Shown: positions 39,855-49,584, counted from the first letter of the stretch. The stretch: DNA of 64,000 nt from an uncultured bacterium (GCA_963786935.1 CAWBAN010000001.1:1529490-1593489), one strand, 5' to 3'. Made by a program: numbers and translations. The notes: a model not told the origin generated them from the sequence alone.

Positions 39855-40224
39855 ACGGCCGTAGCCGCGCGATTTCGTCCGCGTCCGTGCTTCTCATGGC
39901 ATGCCACAGGTCCCAATCGATCTGAAGACCCAACCAGAAATCAGCGGACATCCCCAACACCCTCTCCAGCCGTAGGGCTGTGTCAGGAGTCACTCCACGC
40001 TTCCCGCGGATAATTTCGTTGAGGCGCGGGAAAGAGACCCCCAATCGAACGGCAAACTCCGATTGACTGATCTTTCTCGGCCTCAGAAACTCCTCCAGCA
40101 GCATTTCGCCCGGATGAGTCGGGGGTCGGTGCTTCGGCAACCTCCGACCGCCGACACTCCGAGAAGAACCGGCGCTCGCAGAGCTGCGGGCCCTAGTGGT
40201 AATCCGCAATTTCGACTTCATAGG
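39847..40224 (-). CDS. higA: HigA antitoxin (Xre HTH)
   Basis: 'PTHPGEML.EEFL', 'RLNEIIRGKRGVTPDTALRL', 'FWLGLQ..WDL'. Confidence 0.92.
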   Translation of the reverse strand, partial: PMKSKLRITTRARSSASAGSSRSVGGRRLPKHRPPTHPGEMLLEEFLRPRKISQSEFAVRLGVSFPRLNEIIRGKRGVTPDTALRLERVLGMSADFWLGLQIDWDLWHAMRSTDADEIARLRPYA

Positions 40225-40486
40225 CATTTCCATTCTCCCAACGAAAACAAATCCGGTACTGCTCGTTAATGCGTATGCTCTGTTGCCCCAAACGACTCCC
40301 CTTGAGGCCTTCCAGGCGGTTCCCCGGAGGAACGGCCAATTCCCGCAGTTCCCTCACCCGGTTTATTTGATCGAGCTTCCGCCGGGCAACGCCCCACAAC
40401 CGCCGGGGGCACAGCCGGCGAGCCGCAGCGGTGTCGACTCCATCGAATATCTCCTCCACCCCCCGATTCCGAAATGATGCTATCAT
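40193..40486 (-). CDS. higB: HigB (RelE family) toxin
   Basis: 'MIASF', 'ARRKLD', 'PPGNRLE.LKG', 'SIRINEQYRICFRW', 'DYH'. Confidence 0.92.
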   Translation of the reverse strand: MIASFRNRGVEEIFDGVDTAAARRLCPRRLWGVARRKLDQINRVRELRELAVPPGNRLEGLKGSRLGQQSIRINEQYRICFRWENGNAYEVEIADYH

Positions 40487-40493
40487 TTATTAT

Positions 40494-40522
40494 ATTATAT
40501 CGAATATCGTTATATTTGTCAA
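40494..40522 (-). promoter_or_regulatory. Perfect sigma70 promoter of higBA (leaderless)
   Basis: TTGACA-N17-TATAAT-N7-ATG; imperfect palindrome TATAACG-atatt-CGATATA in the spacer. Confidence 0.8.
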
Positions 40523-40549
40523 CCTGCCGGTGACCGATCCGGCCCGAAT

Positions 40550-41608
40550 TCATTTCCCCCCGAGCTTCGACGTGTGAATGACAACGTTGTAGCGGTCCTT
40601 GAGCTCGCCGAGGAGCCGCTGCTGGATCTCCGTCTCCTTCTGCATCCGCACGGCGCCGTAGACCTCGTTCTTCACCTGTTCGAACGCCTGCTCCTTGCCG
40701 TCCTTCTTGAACTGGTCCTTGTGAGCGTCGTAGTAGGCCTTGAGATCCTCCGGAGCGATGGTGACGCCCTTGGCGAACTCGCGGTCGAGCATCTTCTGCG
40801 CGAGCACCTTGCGCTCGATGTTGCGCGTGAGCGCGCGCACCTCCGGATCGTCGGCGAGCTTCTCCTCGCGCGCGCGCCGGTAGAGAAGCTCCTCGGCGAT
40901 GAACTGCCCGAGCCACTGCTCCCGCACCCCCTGTTTGAGGACGCTGTCGAGCATCTTCTGCTTCTGCGCGCGCCGCTCCTCGGGGCCGAGACTTCCCGCG
41001 ACCTGCGAGAGCTCCATGTCGATCTCCGCCTCGATCATCATGTCGAGCTCGGCGCGGGTGATCTTCCACGTGCCGACCTCGGCGACGACGTCCTTGCCGC
41101 CCGACGAGTCGCTCTTGGCGACGGCCGTCCGGGATTCGAGCTCGTAGTTCAGCGCGGCGAACTTGCCGAGCCCCTCGAGGCACTCAGCGGTGCGCTTCGA
41201 GATCTCGTCTTTCAGATCGTCGACCCCGGCGAGGGCCTCCGAACGGTAGTACGCCTCGAGAGCGCGCTCGTAGTCGCTCGCGTCCTGGTAGAGCTTTCCG
41301 ATCCGGAACCAGACGCGCGCCGCGTCCTCGCCGCCGGGGCGGGAGGATTCGAGATATTCGGTCCAGGCCCGCGCCGCGGCCCCCGGGAGCTTCTGATCCT
41401 CGAATTTGAGGGCGAGCTCCTCGAGCTTCTTTCCCGAAAGCCCGCTCGAGGCGTCGCCGTGGCCTTTTCGATCGGCGCTCGACCCGAAGAAGAGGCCCGC
41501 GGCAAGCGTGAGGGCCACGACCGCCGCGACGATAAAAACGATCATTTTATTCGGCCGCCCGCCCTGGTCGTCCCTCGGCGGCAGCGTGAAATTCGGATTG
41601 CGATCCAT
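40550..41608 (-). CDS. Membrane-anchored TPR + SurA/PrsA-like chaperone domain protein
   Basis: TM, TPRs, 'VVAEVG..KITRAEL', 'EELLYRRA', 'LKAYYDAHKDQF'. Confidence 0.7.
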   Translation of the reverse strand: MDRNPNFTLPPRDDQGGRPNKMIVFIVAAVVALTLAAGLFFGSSADRKGHGDASSGLSGKKLEELALKFEDQKLPGAAARAWTEYLESSRPGGEDAARVWFRIGKLYQDASDYERALEAYYRSEALAGVDDLKDEISKRTAECLEGLGKFAALNYELESRTAVAKSDSSGGKDVVAEVGTWKITRAELDMMIEAEIDMELSQVAGSLGPEERRAQKQKMLDSVLKQGVREQWLGQFIAEELLYRRAREEKLADDPEVRALTRNIERKVLAQKMLDREFAKGVTIAPEDLKAYYDAHKDQFKKDGKEQAFEQVKNEVYGAVRMQKETEIQQRLLGELKDRYNVVIHTSKLGGK

Positions 41609-41629
41609 GCATTCCTCCGTGTGAAATCG

Positions 41630-41992
41630 TCAAACCGGCTTTTGGATCCGTTTAACCGGCTTCTTCCGTTTCCTCGGCTTCCGCGCGACCGAATAATCCA
41701 CCGTGCCCTCGCGCGCGACGAGCGAATTGAGCTCCTGCTGCACCCGCTCGGCCAGGAATAGCTTCAGCAACGACTGGTACGGCACATCGCGTTTGTTGGC
41801 GAGCGCCTTGATCTCCATGAGAAGATAGTCGGGCAAACGCAACGATATTGTCGTCAGCGAAGGCTTGAGGTTAGGCAGCACGAGTCGCCTGGCCTTCGAC
41901 CAATCGAAATAGTCGAGCGGCGAATGCTTATCCCAGAAATCCCGCTCCTCATCTTCCGACTCGAATCGCGGAATCTTCTTAGGCTTTTTCAT
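41630..41992 (-). CDS. brnA: BrnA/CopG antitoxin
   Basis: 'IPRFESEDEERDFW', 'LPNLKPS.TTISLRLP', 'ANKRDVPYQSLLK'. Confidence 0.88.
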   Translation of the reverse strand: MKKPKKIPRFESEDEERDFWDKHSPLDYFDWSKARRLVLPNLKPSLTTISLRLPDYLLMEIKALANKRDVPYQSLLKLFLAERVQQELNSLVAREGTVDYSVARKPRKRKKPVKRIQKPV

Positions 41993-42288
41993 TTTGACCA
42001 GATCCTCCTCTCGCGTCGATTCATGTCTCGCGCCGATATTACTCGGATGAGATCACCTCTGACCGTAAAGATTATAGCGAGAAACCGCCCCGCGTCGGTC
42101 TGGCCAAAGGCATAATAGCGATCCTCTTTGTCCGAGTGCTTCTCGTTCGGTGCCCCAAAGAGAGGTCGATTGAGAAACACCTGCTGACACTCATTCGGGA
42201 TAACATGATGTCGCTCCCAAATCTTGGGCAGATTCCCGCCGTCCCAATCGAATCCCGAACATCGGGCTATCAGCTCATAAACGTCCAT
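41989..42288 (-). CDS. brnT: BrnT family toxin
   Basis: 'GFDWDGGN..K..RH', 'HSDKEDRY', 'IRVISARDMNRRER'. Confidence 0.9.
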   Translation of the reverse strand: MDVYELIARCSGFDWDGGNLPKIWERHHVIPNECQQVFLNRPLFGAPNEKHSDKEDRYYAFGQTDAGRFLAIIFTVRGDLIRVISARDMNRRERRIWSK

Positions 42289-42294
42289 ACAATA

Positions 42295-42323
42295 TGTATA
42301 CTCTGGTAATATACATTTGTCAA
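42295..42323 (-). promoter_or_regulatory. brnT promoter (leaderless) with operator
   Basis: TTGACA-N17-TATACA-N6-ATG; ATGTATA...TATACAT inverted repeat. Confidence 0.65.
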
Positions 42324-42383
42324 GCCCCGGCGGACTCAAAATCGACCGCCGCGGCGACTGCCGGCGACCATCCGGGCGACGGC

Positions 42384-43259
42384 CTAGTACCTCCGCTCCC
42401 GGGCCCTGAAGAACTGCACGAGCCTCGACACGTAGTCTTTATCCGTCATGATCTCGATCCGGTCGACGCCCATCGAGGCGAAGAGCTCGCGGAACCGCTC
42501 GGAGCGCTCGCGCCCGAGGCGCTCGTACCGCTTGCGCACCGCCGCGCTCGACGTGTCGACGAGCACCATCTCGCCCGTCTCCGCGTCCTCGAGCTCGATG
42601 AGCCCCACGTTCGGCAGGCGCACCTCGCGCGGGTCGGTCACCGGCACGGCGACGAGGTCGTGCCGCTTCGCGACGATCCGCATCGACTTCTCGAAGCCCT
42701 CCGACTGGAAGTCGCTCACGAGGAAGACGACCGCGCGCTTCTTGGCGACCTTCCCGAAGTAGTCCAGCGTGCCCCCGATGTCGGTGCGCGCCGCCTTCGG
42801 CTTGAAATTCAAGAGCTCGCGGATGAGCCGCAACACGTGCGTCGTCCCCTTCTTGGGCGGCACGTAGAGCTCCACGCGGTCGGTGAAGACGATGAGCCCG
42901 ACCTTGTCGTTGTTCTTCACCGCGGAGAAGCTGAGGAGCGCGCAGAACTCGGCCGCGATCTCGTTCTTGAGCTTGCGCACGCTCCCGAAGGCGCCCGAGG
43001 CCGAGAGGTCGACGAGGAAGTAGACGGTGAGCTCTCGCTCCTCGACGAAGCGCTTCACGTAGGGGCGGTCCATGCGGGCCGTGACGTTCCAGTCGATCGT
43101 GCGGACGTCGTCGCCGGGCATGTACTCGCGCACCTCGTCGAACTCCATCCCCCGCCCCTTGAACACGCTCGTGTACTCGCCGGCGAGGACGTCGTTCACG
43201 ACCTTCCGCGTCGTTATCTGGAGAATGCGAATCTTCCGTGCCAGCTCGGTCGATATCAT
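42384..43259 (-). CDS. DUF58 protein (MoxR partner)
   Basis: 'GMEFDEVREY.PGDDVR.IDWNVTAR', 'EERE', 'DLSASG', 'VSDF'. Confidence 0.93.
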   Translation of the reverse strand: MISTELARKIRILQITTRKVVNDVLAGEYTSVFKGRGMEFDEVREYMPGDDVRTIDWNVTARMDRPYVKRFVEERELTVYFLVDLSASGAFGSVRKLKNEIAAEFCALLSFSAVKNNDKVGLIVFTDRVELYVPPKKGTTHVLRLIRELLNFKPKAARTDIGGTLDYFGKVAKKRAVVFLVSDFQSEGFEKSMRIVAKRHDLVAVPVTDPREVRLPNVGLIELEDAETGEMVLVDTSSAAVRKRYERLGRERSERFRELFASMGVDRIEIMTDKDYVSRLVQFFRARERRY

Positions 43260-43539
43260 TGCGTTTCAGCTTTCGTTAATTCAGAGGAAAAACGTAATAG
43301 AATCGGGCGGCGCTTTCAAGATGGAACTTTTTGCCCTCACAAACGTTATTACACATGGAGAGCCGCGGAGTTCCCGGCTGGGGATGCCGTGTCGCGGAGG
43401 GTCCGCCAACCGTTTCTAGCCCGAAGCCACGGAAACCATTTCGCCGGGAGCTTCCGTTTATTATATTGGAAACAGGCAGATAGATGCACAAGTGGCGGCG
43501 AATCCCGAAGGATCCGCCGTTTAATAAAGAGCTCTTCAG

Positions 43540-44898
43540 ATGAAGAAACTCGCTCTCGGGATCGCGGTCCTACTGGGATTGCTCATCATCGCTCGCGTCG
43601 CGCTCCACGACCGATGGATCGCCGACGGCGTTCCCCTGTGCACTTCCGCGCACAACCAGCTCGAGCCGCTCATCGTCTCCGACGGCGCCGGCGGCGCCAT
43701 CATCGCGTGGCGCTCGTTCGACGGCGACATGAACATCTACGCGCGGCGCGTGGACGAGAAGGGGCGCGCCCTCTGGGGGGAGAACGGCCTGCCGATCAGC
43801 GCGCACGGCGCCGAGCAGACGCTCTGCGGCATGATCGACGACGGCGCCGGGGGCGCCATAGTCGTCTGGGAGCATAACCGGGCGGGCCAATGGGACATCT
43901 ACGCGCAGCGAATCGACGCGTCGGGCGCTACTCTCTGGGCGGACGGCGGCGTAGCGGTCTGCGCCGCGGCCGACGCCCAGTTCGACGCCGCGATCGTCTC
44001 CGACGGCGCCGGGGGCGCCATCGTCGCGTGGCACGACCTGCGCGGGCATGCGGGCGTCGATATATACGCCCAGCGCGTGAGCGCCGCGGGCGAGCCCCGA
44101 TGGGCCGCGGACGGCGTGAGCGTCTGCACGGCCGCGAACGGCCAGCGCGCGGCGCACCTCGCCGCGGACGGCGCCGGGGGCGCCATCGTCGCGTGGCAGG
44201 ACGGCCGCGACCGGCGCGATCACGACATCTACGCGCAGCGGATGGATTCGAGCGGCGCCGCGCTCTGGGCCGCAAACGGCGTCGCCGTCTGCGCCGCCGA
44301 CAGCATGCAGAGATACCCCGAGCTCGTCGCGGACGGCTCGGGAGGCGCGATCGTCATGTGGAAGGACCGCCGCTCGGGCGCGGGGGACATCTACGCGCAG
44401 CGCGTGAACGCCGCCGGCGCGGTTCAATGGCAGCCGGACGGTGTGGCGGTCTGCGCATCGGGAGGCGTCGAGAAATATCCGCAGATCGCCGCGGACGGCT
44501 TCGGCGGGGCGATCATCACGTGGCCCGACGATCGGTCGGGATCGAGCGACATCTACGCGCAGCGCGTGAGCGCCGCGGGCGAGACGAGCTGGGCCGCGAA
44601 CGGCGTGCCCGTGTGCACGGCCGCCGACGCGCAGGAGCTCCCGCAGATCGCCGCCGACCGTTCGGGGGGCGCGGTCATCGCGTGGCAGGACGGCCGGGCG
44701 GGGGCGCACGACGTCTATATCCAGCACATGAGCGCGGCGGGCAAGGCGCGGGACAATCCGAACGGCCTCCCGATCTGCACGGCCCCCAACGAGCAGTTCT
44801 TCCCGAAGCTCGTCACCGACAAGGACGGCGACGCGATCGTCACGTGGCAGGACTTCCGCGACGGTGACGACTACGACATCTACGCCGGATCGTCGTGA
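43540..44898 (+). CDS. Exported 8-repeat 'DGAGGAIVAW..DIYAQR' beta-propeller protein
   Basis: N-terminal hydrophobic segment; eight ~54-aa repeats. Confidence 0.82.
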   Translation: MKKLALGIAVLLGLLIIARVALHDRWIADGVPLCTSAHNQLEPLIVSDGAGGAIIAWRSFDGDMNIYARRVDEKGRALWGENGLPISAHGAEQTLCGMIDDGAGGAIVVWEHNRAGQWDIYAQRIDASGATLWADGGVAVCAAADAQFDAAIVSDGAGGAIVAWHDLRGHAGVDIYAQRVSAAGEPRWAADGVSVCTAANGQRAAHLAADGAGGAIVAWQDGRDRRDHDIYAQRMDSSGAALWAANGVAVCAADSMQRYPELVADGSGGAIVMWKDRRSGAGDIYAQRVNAAGAVQWQPDGVAVCASGGVEKYPQIAADGFGGAIITWPDDRSGSSDIYAQRVSAAGETSWAANGVPVCTAADAQELPQIAADRSGGAVIAWQDGRAGAHDVYIQHMSAAGKARDNPNGLPICTAPNEQFFPKLVTDKDGDAIVTWQDFRDGDDYDIYAGSS

Positions 44899-45137
44899 CG
44901 CCCGGCGAATGCGATTCCGCAATAGAGCGTGCTAATCCGAAAGAGCCGGCCGCCCTTCAGAAATTGAGCACAATTTCCATTCACGCCTTCGCGCGCCCCG
45001 GCATGCCCCGGGGTTTCCGCCGCGCGCCGCCGTTTCGGCGCAAAATCGCCGGGCACGAGATATGCGCCGGACTCAGGTGGATAATCTTTCTATACAAGCG
45101 GCAACGATGCGGGGCGGGGCATGCGCGGGGGTTGATC

Positions 45138-46310
45138 GTGTCCTCATCGAAGGTTTACGTCATCGATCCCAAGAGCCGCGTCGAAACGTTCCTGCAGAAA
45201 GGCGGCATCGGAAAACGCGGCTTCGAGCACATCGAATATTCACCTGATGCCGGGACGCAGCAGGGCGAGGAGAAACGGAGCTCACGGAGCCGCCGGCGCC
45301 GCGCGACGGGACCCGCCGAGGAGCAGGGCTCTCCGCTCCTCGCGCTCCTGTCCTACCTCGCGGGACCGTTCGCGATTCTCGCGACCCGCCGCGGCAGGGC
45401 CGGCGCATTCTGGATCGCCACCGCCGTTCTCTCCTCAGCGTTCGCGGGATTCATCGTCGCGCGCTCGGGCACGCTCTTCGCGCCGCCGAGCGGAAGCGGT
45501 ATCGGCTTCGTCGTGTGGCTTTCGCTCGCGTGCCTCGCCGTTTCTCTGGGCTTCGCCGCGTGGGCGCGAGGCGCATTTCTGCTGGGCCGCCACCGGGGGC
45601 ATCTCCTGCGGAAGCTGCCCGCATCTCTCCGGCGCCCCGGCGCCGCAGGGCTTCTCGGCCTCCTGATCCCCGGCTACGGGCTTTTCGTCGCGGGGCACCC
45701 GCGCCGCGCGGCGCTCTCGCTCCTCGCGGCGTGCGCCGCCGCGGTATCCGTTATCGTGCTTTGGCAGGCCTCGGATCTCTGGGGCCTGAGCAGCGCCGGC
45801 ATCTTCCTCGGCCACGCCGAGACGCTCGAGCGCGTGTTCCTCGCGATGGGCGCGGCAATCGTCTTCGCGGCGTTCGCCTGGATCGTTCAGGCGCTCGAGG
45901 GCGCGCGTCTCGCGGGACCCCGCTTCGAAGGCGGCGCCGCGAACCCGGCCCGCCCGCACGGCGATTGGGCCGCCGCCGCGCTCGTTCTCGCGATCGTCGC
46001 GTTCCTCGCGGCATTCAAGCCGGCGCGCGTCGCCGAGACGATCGACCGCTTCGGCGTGTCGGTAATATCGGACGGCTACCGCGTGATTCCGCTCGCCGCC
46101 GCCGAGACGGCGATGCGTCTCGACCCGTCGCGGCCCGAGTACGCGATGCAGGCGATACAGCTCAACGAGGCGCTCGGGCGGCGCTACCGCGCCGAAGTGC
46201 TCCGGTACTATCTGGAGGATCGCTGGGAGCCGTACGATAGAATGCTCCGGCTCGAGGCCTCGGTCCTGGAGCCCGTCGAGCCCGCCGTTCCCGGCCCCGA
46301 AGCGCCGTAG
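45138..46310 (+). CDS. Hypothetical multi-pass membrane protein (start uncertain)
   Basis: Several TM helices, 'LLIPGYG', TPR-like 'AMRLDPSRPEY' tail. Confidence 0.6.
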   Translation: MSSSKVYVIDPKSRVETFLQKGGIGKRGFEHIEYSPDAGTQQGEEKRSSRSRRRRATGPAEEQGSPLLALLSYLAGPFAILATRRGRAGAFWIATAVLSSAFAGFIVARSGTLFAPPSGSGIGFVVWLSLACLAVSLGFAAWARGAFLLGRHRGHLLRKLPASLRRPGAAGLLGLLIPGYGLFVAGHPRRAALSLLAACAAAVSVIVLWQASDLWGLSSAGIFLGHAETLERVFLAMGAAIVFAAFAWIVQALEGARLAGPRFEGGAANPARPHGDWAAAALVLAIVAFLAAFKPARVAETIDRFGVSVISDGYRVIPLAAAETAMRLDPSRPEYAMQAIQLNEALGRRYRAEVLRYYLEDRWEPYDRMLRLEASVLEPVEPAVPGPEAP

Positions 46311-46461
46311 CATCGGAACGCCCCGACGCGAAATCAGCCGGCGAAGCCGTTTGCCCCGCGCGACGCTTCGTTGTATTTTGAAATTGCAGCTACCCACCAT
46401 CTGCACCCATTGACATGAAGTGCGCGCGTTTTCACGTTCGACCGTAAGGAGCGTCGGTGCG

Positions 46462-48426
46462 ATGGCGAGAATCTCTTCCCTTTGCGCGATAATCCTGGGC
46501 TTGCTGGGCGGCGCTTCCGGCGCGGCCCGGGCCGGCTGGATCCCGGACGGCGTCCACCTCTGCCCCTCCCCTGCCATCCAGATCGCGCCTCTGATCGTAT
46601 CCGACGGCGCGGGCGGCGCCATCGTCGTCTGGCGCTCGTTTATCGACAACGAATCGAACGTTATCGCGCAGAGAATCGACGCCGGCGGGAACACCCTCTG
46701 GGGCGGCGACGGCGTGCTCGTATGCAGCGCCGCCTCCGACCAGACTCCCTATGACATGATGCCGGACGGGTCCGGCGGAGCGATCCTGCTCTGGGAGGAC
46801 TACCGGAACGGCTCGTGGGACATCTACGTCCAGCGGATCGACGCATCCGGGGCGGCCCGGTGGACGCCGGACGGCGTCGCCGTGTGCACGGCGCCCGGGA
46901 TGCAGTACGGCGCGGAGCTCGTCTCCGACGGCGCCGGCGGCGTCATCATCGCGTGGTGTGATTTTCGCGGCGGCGCCTATTCGGACCTCTACGCCCAGCG
47001 CGTGAACGATTCGGGAGCCGTCCTCTGGGCCGCGAACGGCGCAGCCATCTGCACCGCCGCGCACAACCAGCTCTCCGCCGACATCGTTTCCGACGGCGCC
47101 GGTGGCGCGATCGTCGCGTGGCACGACCTTCGCCTCAATCCCAACTACGACATCTACGCACAGCGGATCGACGGCTCGGGAACGGTCCTCTGGACCGCGG
47201 ACGGCGTGCCGGTATGCACGGCGGCCAACGTGCAGAAATACCCGGAGATGGCGCCCGACGGCGCGGGCGGCGCCATCGTCGCATGGAAGGATAACCGGAG
47301 GGGCCCCGACGATCTCTACGCGCAGCGGCTGAGCAGCACGGGCGCCGTCCTCTGGAGCGCAAACGGCACGGCCCTATGCGCGATGGGGACCGTGCAGAAA
47401 TATCACCAGGTCGTCCCCGACGGCGCGGGAGGCGCGGTGCTCGTGTGGCCCGATTCCCGAAACGGCGCCTGGGACATCTTCGCCCAGCGGGTGAACTCTT
47501 CGGGGACCGCCCGGTGGGCGTCGAACGGCGTTGCCGTATGCGCGGCAGCCGGAGCGCAGGAGAATCCGCAGATTGTGGCCGACGCCGCGGGCGCCGCGTT
47601 CATCGCGTGGCAGGACGCGCGGGCGGGCGACTACGACATCTACGCCCAGCGGTTGAACTCCTCGGGAGGCTCACAATGCGCGGCGAACGGCTTCGCCCTG
47701 TGCACGGCCGTCAACGAGCAATCCTGGCCCTCGCTCGCCGCGGACGGCGCCGGAGGAGCGATCGTCGCGTGGCAGGACTACCGCGACGGGATCAACTACA
47801 ACAACTACGCCGCCTCCACCCAGCTCGCGAGCGTCACGCCCGACGTCATCGATTTCGGGACCGTCCATGTCGGGGAGCACCGGGACACGACCTTCACGAT
47901 CGAGAACATTGGCTGCGGGATAATTTCGTTGAACGTCGGCGAGGCGTGCGAGCATTTCAGCATAATCTCCGACGAACTCGTCCCCTTCCTCGGGCCGGGG
48001 CAATCGGTCGAAGTGATCGTTCGCTTCGAGCCGGCGAGCGCCGGCGCTTGCGCCTGCGAGATCGCGACCGGCACGGGGTGCTCCGCGGTGAGCTGCTCGG
48101 GAGCCGGTGTCGATGAGACGAGCGGCGGCGACGCGCCGCGCGCGCCCGAAGCGACCTTTCTCGCCCAGAACTATCCGAATCCGTTCAACCCGGCGACCGA
48201 GATCGTATTCGGCTTGAGCGGCCCGGTGAACGTCTCGCTCAGGATCTACAACGCGGCGGGGCGGCTCGTGCGGGAGCTCGCGGCGGGCGCGCTCCCGGCG
48301 GGGAGGCACTACGCGACATGGGACGGCCGCGACGCGAACGGCGCGGCCGTATCGAGCGGGATCTATTTCTACCGGCTCGAGGCGGGGACATTCTCCGAAA
48401 CCAGGAAAATGGTGCTCCTCCGGTAG
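46462..48426 (+). CDS. Secreted 8-repeat propeller + Ig (ASH-like) + FlgD-Ig/CTD protein
   Basis: Same repeats as 43540; 'IDFGTV..G'; 'AQNYPNPFNP', 'WDGRD..G..VSSGIYFYRL..KMVLLR'. Confidence 0.85.
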   Translation: MARISSLCAIILGLLGGASGAARAGWIPDGVHLCPSPAIQIAPLIVSDGAGGAIVVWRSFIDNESNVIAQRIDAGGNTLWGGDGVLVCSAASDQTPYDMMPDGSGGAILLWEDYRNGSWDIYVQRIDASGAARWTPDGVAVCTAPGMQYGAELVSDGAGGVIIAWCDFRGGAYSDLYAQRVNDSGAVLWAANGAAICTAAHNQLSADIVSDGAGGAIVAWHDLRLNPNYDIYAQRIDGSGTVLWTADGVPVCTAANVQKYPEMAPDGAGGAIVAWKDNRRGPDDLYAQRLSSTGAVLWSANGTALCAMGTVQKYHQVVPDGAGGAVLVWPDSRNGAWDIFAQRVNSSGTARWASNGVAVCAAAGAQENPQIVADAAGAAFIAWQDARAGDYDIYAQRLNSSGGSQCAANGFALCTAVNEQSWPSLAADGAGGAIVAWQDYRDGINYNNYAASTQLASVTPDVIDFGTVHVGEHRDTTFTIENIGCGIISLNVGEACEHFSIISDELVPFLGPGQSVEVIVRFEPASAGACACEIATGTGCSAVSCSGAGVDETSGGDAPRAPEATFLAQNYPNPFNPATEIVFGLSGPVNVSLRIYNAAGRLVRELAAGALPAGRHYATWDGRDANGAAVSSGIYFYRLEAGTFSETRKMVLLR

Positions 48427-48432
48427 CTCTCG

Positions 48433-49584
48433 CTATTTCCGCGGGGGCATCGATACCTTGTATTTCACCACCCTGCGGCCTCCGTCCTCGTCCGCCAGTA
48501 TCGCGTGCAGGAAGCCGTTCGAGAGAACCATCGCATCGAAGTTCTTGTAGCGGTCCCCCTCCGGCAGGACGATCTTTCCGCGATAGAGGTACGCGCCGTC
48601 CGGCGAGAAGATATCGACGTACTGCGTTCCGATCGCCGCCTCGAAGGCGTCGACGGTGAACACGTACACGAGCCCGTCGATCACCTGGATGCGATGGAAA
48701 TAGGTCAGCTTCTTGGGCAGCATCGGGACGATCTTCTCCACCCGGTCGGCCGGTATCCCCGCGCCGGCCATATGGCGCTTCAGCTCCTCCTCGGTGACCT
48801 GAATCCGCTCCTTCGGGAGCCCGAAGCTGCTGATCATCTTCCCGTCCAGGTCCGATACGAGGATCTCGTAGCGATCGTTTCTGGCGAAATAGAGCCGGCC
48901 GCCCTTCGAGTCGTATGCCATGTCGATCTGCGGTATCAAGCCGAGGATCACGCCGCCGAAGGCGATCTGCTCGTCCGCTGCCATGGTGAACTCGTGGATC
49001 GGCTTCGTTTCGCCGCTCGTCACGTTGACCTTGCGAATGGAGGCCTTCCCGCCGGGGAGATTGGCGAGCGCGCCGGGCGCGGTGAAAAAGACGTCGTCGC
49101 TCGTGAACACGAGCGGGAAGCTCTCGAAGATGTTGTTCGGCGTCGACGATATGAACCGCCCGCTCGGATCATAGAAATGCAGCTTGTCCATGGAGCCGAC
49201 GATAACGCGGTTATCCGACGTGAAGCAGTTGACGTACCGCGAGACGAGCCCCGGGCCGTCCCCCATCCCCGCGAAGGTCCCGAGAAGCTCCCCTTTTTCG
49301 CCGACGATGTAGCTCAGGTGCCGGTCGAAATCGTGGAAATAGAGCTTTCCGTCGCGCGAGACCCTCGGCTCGCCGGGACGCTTCAGGGTGTCCGCCCCCG
49401 CGCGATCGAACGACCATACCGCCGCGGGCGAGAAGCTCCATTCGCCCTTCAGCGGCTTGGCGGGATCGGCCGCTCCAGGAGAGGCCGCGCCGGCACGGCC
49501 GCTCCGGCAATCCGACGCCAAGACCACGGCGGCCGCGGCGGCGACAAAGGCCGCGCGGAGAAATACTCCACCATTCATACGCAT
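48433..49584 (-). CDS. Exported 6-bladed beta-propeller (NHL/TolB-like)
   Basis: Signal; 'G.GDGPG', 'FYDPSGRFI', 'DIFSPDG.Y'. Confidence 0.65.
   Translation of the reverse strand: MRMNGGVFLRAAFVAAAAAVVLASDCRSGRAGAASPGAADPAKPLKGEWSFSPAAVWSFDRAGADTLKRPGEPRVSRDGKLYFHDFDRHLSYIVGEKGELLGTFAGMGDGPGLVSRYVNCFTSDNRVIVGSMDKLHFYDPSGRFISSTPNNIFESFPLVFTSDDVFFTAPGALANLPGGKASIRKVNVTSGETKPIHEFTMAADEQIAFGGVILGLIPQIDMAYDSKGGRLYFARNDRYEILVSDLDGKMISSFGLPKERIQVTEEELKRHMAGAGIPADRVEKIVPMLPKKLTYFHRIQVIDGLVYVFTVDAFEAAIGTQYVDIFSPDGAYLYRGKIVLPEGDRYKNFDAMVLSNGFLHAILADEDGGRRVVKYKVSMPPRK

Noticed and set aside
33173..42339. TA modules as integron cassettes
   Set aside because: No attC (RYYYAAC...GTTRRRY) boxes or intI recognised by eye
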